From a bacterium (GTDB lineage: Bacteria; Patescibacteriota; Andersenbacteria; UBA10190; CAIZMI01): a DNA stretch of 55,785 bases. The position numbers and the translations under genes were made by a program. Position 1 is the first letter of the stretch; each line of letters opens with the position of its first letter. Location: contig JAUSJG010000030.1 of NCBI GenBank assembly GCA_030647555.1, forward strand, positions 1 through 55,785. The letters are read 5' to 3'. Positions 53,470 through 55,785 of this stretch are shown here, piece by piece. Under the pieces are notes generated by a model. The model worked only from the letters and a program-made list of their open reading frames with translations. It made no database searches and had not been told where the DNA came from.

Positions 53470-54174
53470 TCAATCAAGAGATTGAGCGGAGTGGGAAGCT
53501 ACAGGCCCTAATTTTTCTAATAGTACTTTGGGAAGTGTTTCTAACTCTAGTTGTTTATCGGTTCCGGCGCAACCGATGATACATACGCCGTGATAATCCT
53601 TTTTTAATGTCGGTTTACCAATTGTGCGAGGATCAGGTTTAGACTGGCAAAAGTTTTTAATTGGAATACCCAGTGTCTTAGACCAATATTTATGCAATTT
53701 ATGAAGATTCTGATCAGCCCTATAACTCATTGATGCGTGAAGAACATCACGACTGATACCGTAGCATTTTTCAAGTAGCAGTACATACAGTCCCATTAAT
53801 TCTGGAGAGGAACTTCCCAACTGAAGACCTCGGTGTCCTGCCCATTTATAACCCTCTCCAAGATATAGAAATGAAAGTGCGATTTTATATATTTGAGGAT
53901 CCGGGTCATGTAAAAAATCCTCACATGTTTGTTGAATTGCAGCCATTCTGTCTTCTTGTTTTTTCCTACTATAAGCCAACGAATTTACCCTGCCACGCGC
54001 CAGACTTTTTAACATATTTTCCTTGTAAGCTTTCATGTAAGCTGGAGGAAGTTTTACGTCTTTTAACCAATAAGAAAGTGTACCTTTTGGAATTTTTCGC
54101 CCAAGAGCTTCTTGAATATCACCAAAAGTTTTTCCTTGTGCTCTTAGTTTCTGCGCCATTTCTTTTTCTGTCAT
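53470..54174 (-). CDS. HTH + single-motif LAGLIDADG-like endonuclease-family protein (paralog of 27326-28024)
   Basis: AQGKTFGDIQEALGRKIPKGTLSYWL; ALSFLYLGEGYKW; LQLGSSSPELMGLYVLLLEK. Confidence 0.55.
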   Translation of the reverse strand: MTEKEMAQKLRAQGKTFGDIQEALGRKIPKGTLSYWLKDVKLPPAYMKAYKENMLKSLARGRVNSLAYSRKKQEDRMAAIQQTCEDFLHDPDPQIYKIALSFLYLGEGYKWAGHRGLQLGSSSPELMGLYVLLLEKCYGISRDVLHASMSYRADQNLHKLHKYWSKTLGIPIKNFCQSKPDPRTIGKPTLKKDYHGVCIIGCAGTDKQLELETLPKVLLEKLGPVASHSAQSLD

Positions 54175-54278
54175 GTTGTAATTATACTCCGCGCCTATTC
54201 CATGTGCAATATCGTTTATGAGAAAAATCCATATTGCAGAAATTCAAATAATAAGTAAAAATAGGCGTACAGACGTAG

Positions 54279-54520
54279 GGGCCGTTAGCTCAGCCAGTAG
54301 GATTGTCGGCAATGAGTTGCCGAATCGGGGCAATCCTTCGGTGGGATGAGCCGGCTCCGCCGGAACATTATTTCACCGTAGAGCGCTACATTCGCATTGT
54401 AGAGGTCGGCGGTTCGCCGGAGCACCATGTGGGGAGCGGCGGGTTCCCCGAGAACATTCTGTGAATGTTCGAGAGGGTGCCAGCTCGCGTCCAGTACCCT
54501 ACGTGGTACTGGACGAATCC
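54279..54520 (+). pseudogene. tRNA-Ala(CGC) copy with structured inserts in the D loop and T loop, 3' end missing
   Basis: GGGCCGTTAGCTCAGC[about 83 nt]GTAGAGCGCTACATTCGCATTGTAGAGGTCGGCGGTTCG[about 105 nt]AATCC, then no acceptor 3' strand. Confidence 0.65.
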
Positions 54521-54565
54521 AAATTGCTATTTTCAAAAGCATGTTTGTATCATGATCAAATATTA

Positions 54566-54665
54566 GGGCTCGTAGCTCAGCTGGCAGAGCGCGGCATTCG
54601 CATTGCCGAGGTCAAGGGTTCGCTCGCTATCGCAGCGAGCGCCCGCTGAAATAGCGGGCGAATCC
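54566..54665 (+). pseudogene. second tRNA-Ala(CGC)-like copy with a 38-nt double hairpin in the T loop, 3' end missing
   Basis: GGGCTCGTAGCTCAGCTGGCAGAGCGCGGCATTCGCATTGCCGAGGTCAAGGGTTCG[CTCGCTATCGCAGCGAGCGCCCGCTGAAATAGCGGGCG]AATCC. Confidence 0.65.
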
Positions 54666-54697
54666 TAGCATTTCATTATATAATTGATTAATTACCA

Positions 54698-54773
54698 GGG
54701 CCGTTAGCTCAGCTGGCAGAGCGCTACATTCGCATTGTAGAGGTCGGCGGTTCGAATCCGCCACGGTCCACCA
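54698..54773 (+). tRNA. tRNA-Ala(CGC)
   Basis: GGGCCGT acceptor with G3:U70, CTACA-TTCGCAT-TGTAG, GGCGG-TTCGAAT-CCGCC, ACGGTCC-A-CCA. Confidence 0.9.
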
Positions 54774-54778
54774 AAATC

Positions 54779-55228
54779 ATGCGTGAAATACTAGACAGGC
54801 CCGGTGACGGTATTCTTTGCGCGGTAGCCATCATGATTAAAGGTGACAAAATTCTTGTTGGTCATCGGCATTACACAAAAGACAAATGGAAAGTTATTTC
54901 TGTTTGGACTATTCCTGGTGGTAGATCTGATAAGGGTGAAATTATTGAACAAACATTGCGACGCGAGGTTGCGGAAGAAGTCGGTATTTCTGAATTTGAA
55001 ATTGTTGATTTTATTGGAGAAGTACCTGGAGCTAAAGAAGGCGACGTGGTTTTAATTTTCCATTGTGAAACTGGTCAGGAAGCGAAACTCATGGAACCGG
55101 AAAAATTTTCGGAGTGGAGATGGGTTTCGATTGATGATTATATTTCGGAAGAAAAGTACAGTGGCTTTAATCCGGTTGCCAAGCAAATGATAGTGAATTA
55201 TTTGCTCGGTTTACGAAGGGGAAAATAA
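54779..55228 (+). CDS. Nudix hydrolase
   Basis: Nudix box GGRSDKGEIIEQTLRREVAEEVGI; ATG 5 nt after the tRNA CCA end. Confidence 0.85.
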   Translation: MREILDRPGDGILCAVAIMIKGDKILVGHRHYTKDKWKVISVWTIPGGRSDKGEIIEQTLRREVAEEVGISEFEIVDFIGEVPGAKEGDVVLIFHCETGQEAKLMEPEKFSEWRWVSIDDYISEEKYSGFNPVAKQMIVNYLLGLRRGK

Positions 55229-55234
55229 CTTGAT

Positions 55235-55638
55235 ATGTCCTGGTATCTCTATATCGCGCAAGCGCAAAAGACGGGGAATTATTATGTTGGAATTTCCACG
55301 GATGTGAAAAAGCGGATTATTGCGCACAATAAGGGTAAGGCCTCGTCCGTAAATAAATTCCCCAAGATTATACTCACTGCATCTTTAACTGCAAGCACTT
55401 CTCAATCGTAAAACCTTTCACCGTACTGCTAGTACGCCTCAAGGTTTTACTCAATCAAAGTACTTACATTTAAAGCGCATTGAGTATAATCTTGGGGAAT
55501 TTATTTACGGACGAGGCCTAAGGGAGCGTAATGGCGCGGACGCAGGAGCCGTTCGTTTTGGTTTACAAATCAAAAAACTGCCGACGTAGTTGGTGGTTTC
55601 GATCGAATACCATGATGCCGATATCCTATGGCGACTGA
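55235..55638 (+). pseudogene. GIY-YIG (UPF0213-like) nuclease gene disrupted by a MITE and a frame change
   Basis: MSWYLYIAQAQKTGNYYVGISTDVKKRIIAHNKGK up to 55338; after the insert GA-stop, while ..EPFVLVY.. continues in another frame. Confidence 0.5.
55339..55518. mobile_element. 180-nt MITE with perfect 38-bp terminal inverted repeats and TAA flanks
   Basis: GGCCTCGTCCGTAAATAAATTCCCCAAGATTATACTCA at 55339-55376, exact reverse complement at 55481-55518; TAA on both sides (55336-55338, 55519-55521). Confidence 0.8.
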
Positions 55639-55682
55639 CGTAAATAACCTGTCCATATTCTGTTCAATACGCTCTGAATACT

Positions 55683-55746
55683 GTTACTATGATTGAACAA
55701 AATTTAGAGGCGTACTGTAAGTACGGTGAGAGATTTTGTGATTGAG
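55683..55746 (-). repeat. second, diverged copy of the MITE core
   Basis: reverse complement aligns with 55401-55463 (CTCAATC..AAAA..TCACCGTACT..AGTACGCCTC..TT..CAATCA.AGTA); 55630-55680 weakly resembles the TIR; runs to the window edge. Confidence 0.5.
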
Positions 55747-55785
55747 TAGTAATTGTAGTCAGAGATGTAGTGGACATAAGATGGA

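Noticed and set aside
53020-54773. tRNA partial duplications considered as att sites of an integrated genomic island or prophage
   Set aside because: There is no integrase, excisionase or phage gene nearby. The duplicated parts are mostly 5' portions rather than the 3' portions expected at attR, and the intervening DNA is only tens to hundreds of nt.
1-55785. Alternative genetic code (UGA recoding, as in some candidate phyla)
   Set aside because: Long ORFs with complete recognisable domains terminate at TGA, TAA and TAG at the expected protein ends (for example the ATGA overlap at 6884-6887). No domain is split by in-frame TGA, so code 11 is adequate.

Overview
Compact, gene-dense bacterial window with about 50 protein genes, mostly on the minus strand; the standard code 11 fits. 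Housekeeping genes recognisable from motifs are rsmA, a PcrA/UvrD helicase, a LysM-M23 peptidase, a class-1 pyrD-like gene, family-4 UDG, nfo, a YbbR-domain protein, rny, clpP, tig, a K+-independent H+-PPase, nusA, yraN, a PAS histidine kinase with a stand-alone receiver, and a Nudix hydrolase. The gene content and style (RNase Y plus H+-PPase, many secreted orphans, LAGLIDADG genes, an intron-bearing tRNA, very short leaders) resemble small-genome Patescibacteria/CPR-like bacteria, but that placement is inference only. Three things stand out. (1) 0.4-17.8 kb is an accessory locus of signal-peptide proteins. Its core is a tightly packed, internally duplicated minus-strand operon (11650->4336) of paralogs carrying Gly-rich linkers, 4-Cys Kazal-like knots, a caspase-like peptidase domain and a shared C-terminal tail. 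An S1 protease and three thrombospondin-type-3-repeat paralogs flank it. I do not recognise this as a described system. (2) Two tRNA islands (27.2-30.7 kb and 53.0-54.8 kb) hold 8 intact tRNAs, one of them a tRNA-Phe(GAA) split by a group I intron. Three LAGLIDADG-type genes each sit directly 5' of, and co-oriented with, a tRNA. The islands also contain decayed tRNA-Pro and tRNA-Ala copies invaded by GC hairpins. (3) Intergenic space is saturated with several families of small structured repeats. These include a ~130-nt AT-rich palindromic element, a 33-nt GC double hairpin caught inserted at two unrelated sites, a GTCTTTGCGAG...GAAGCAATCT hairpin family, a 3-hairpin tRNA trailer with compensatory changes, and a 180-nt MITE with perfect 38-bp TIRs disrupting a GIY-YIG gene. 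No rRNA, CRISPR array, transposase, integrase or prophage genes were seen. RNA and repeat coordinates were derived by eye and may be off by a few nt; no similarity search or folding was run.
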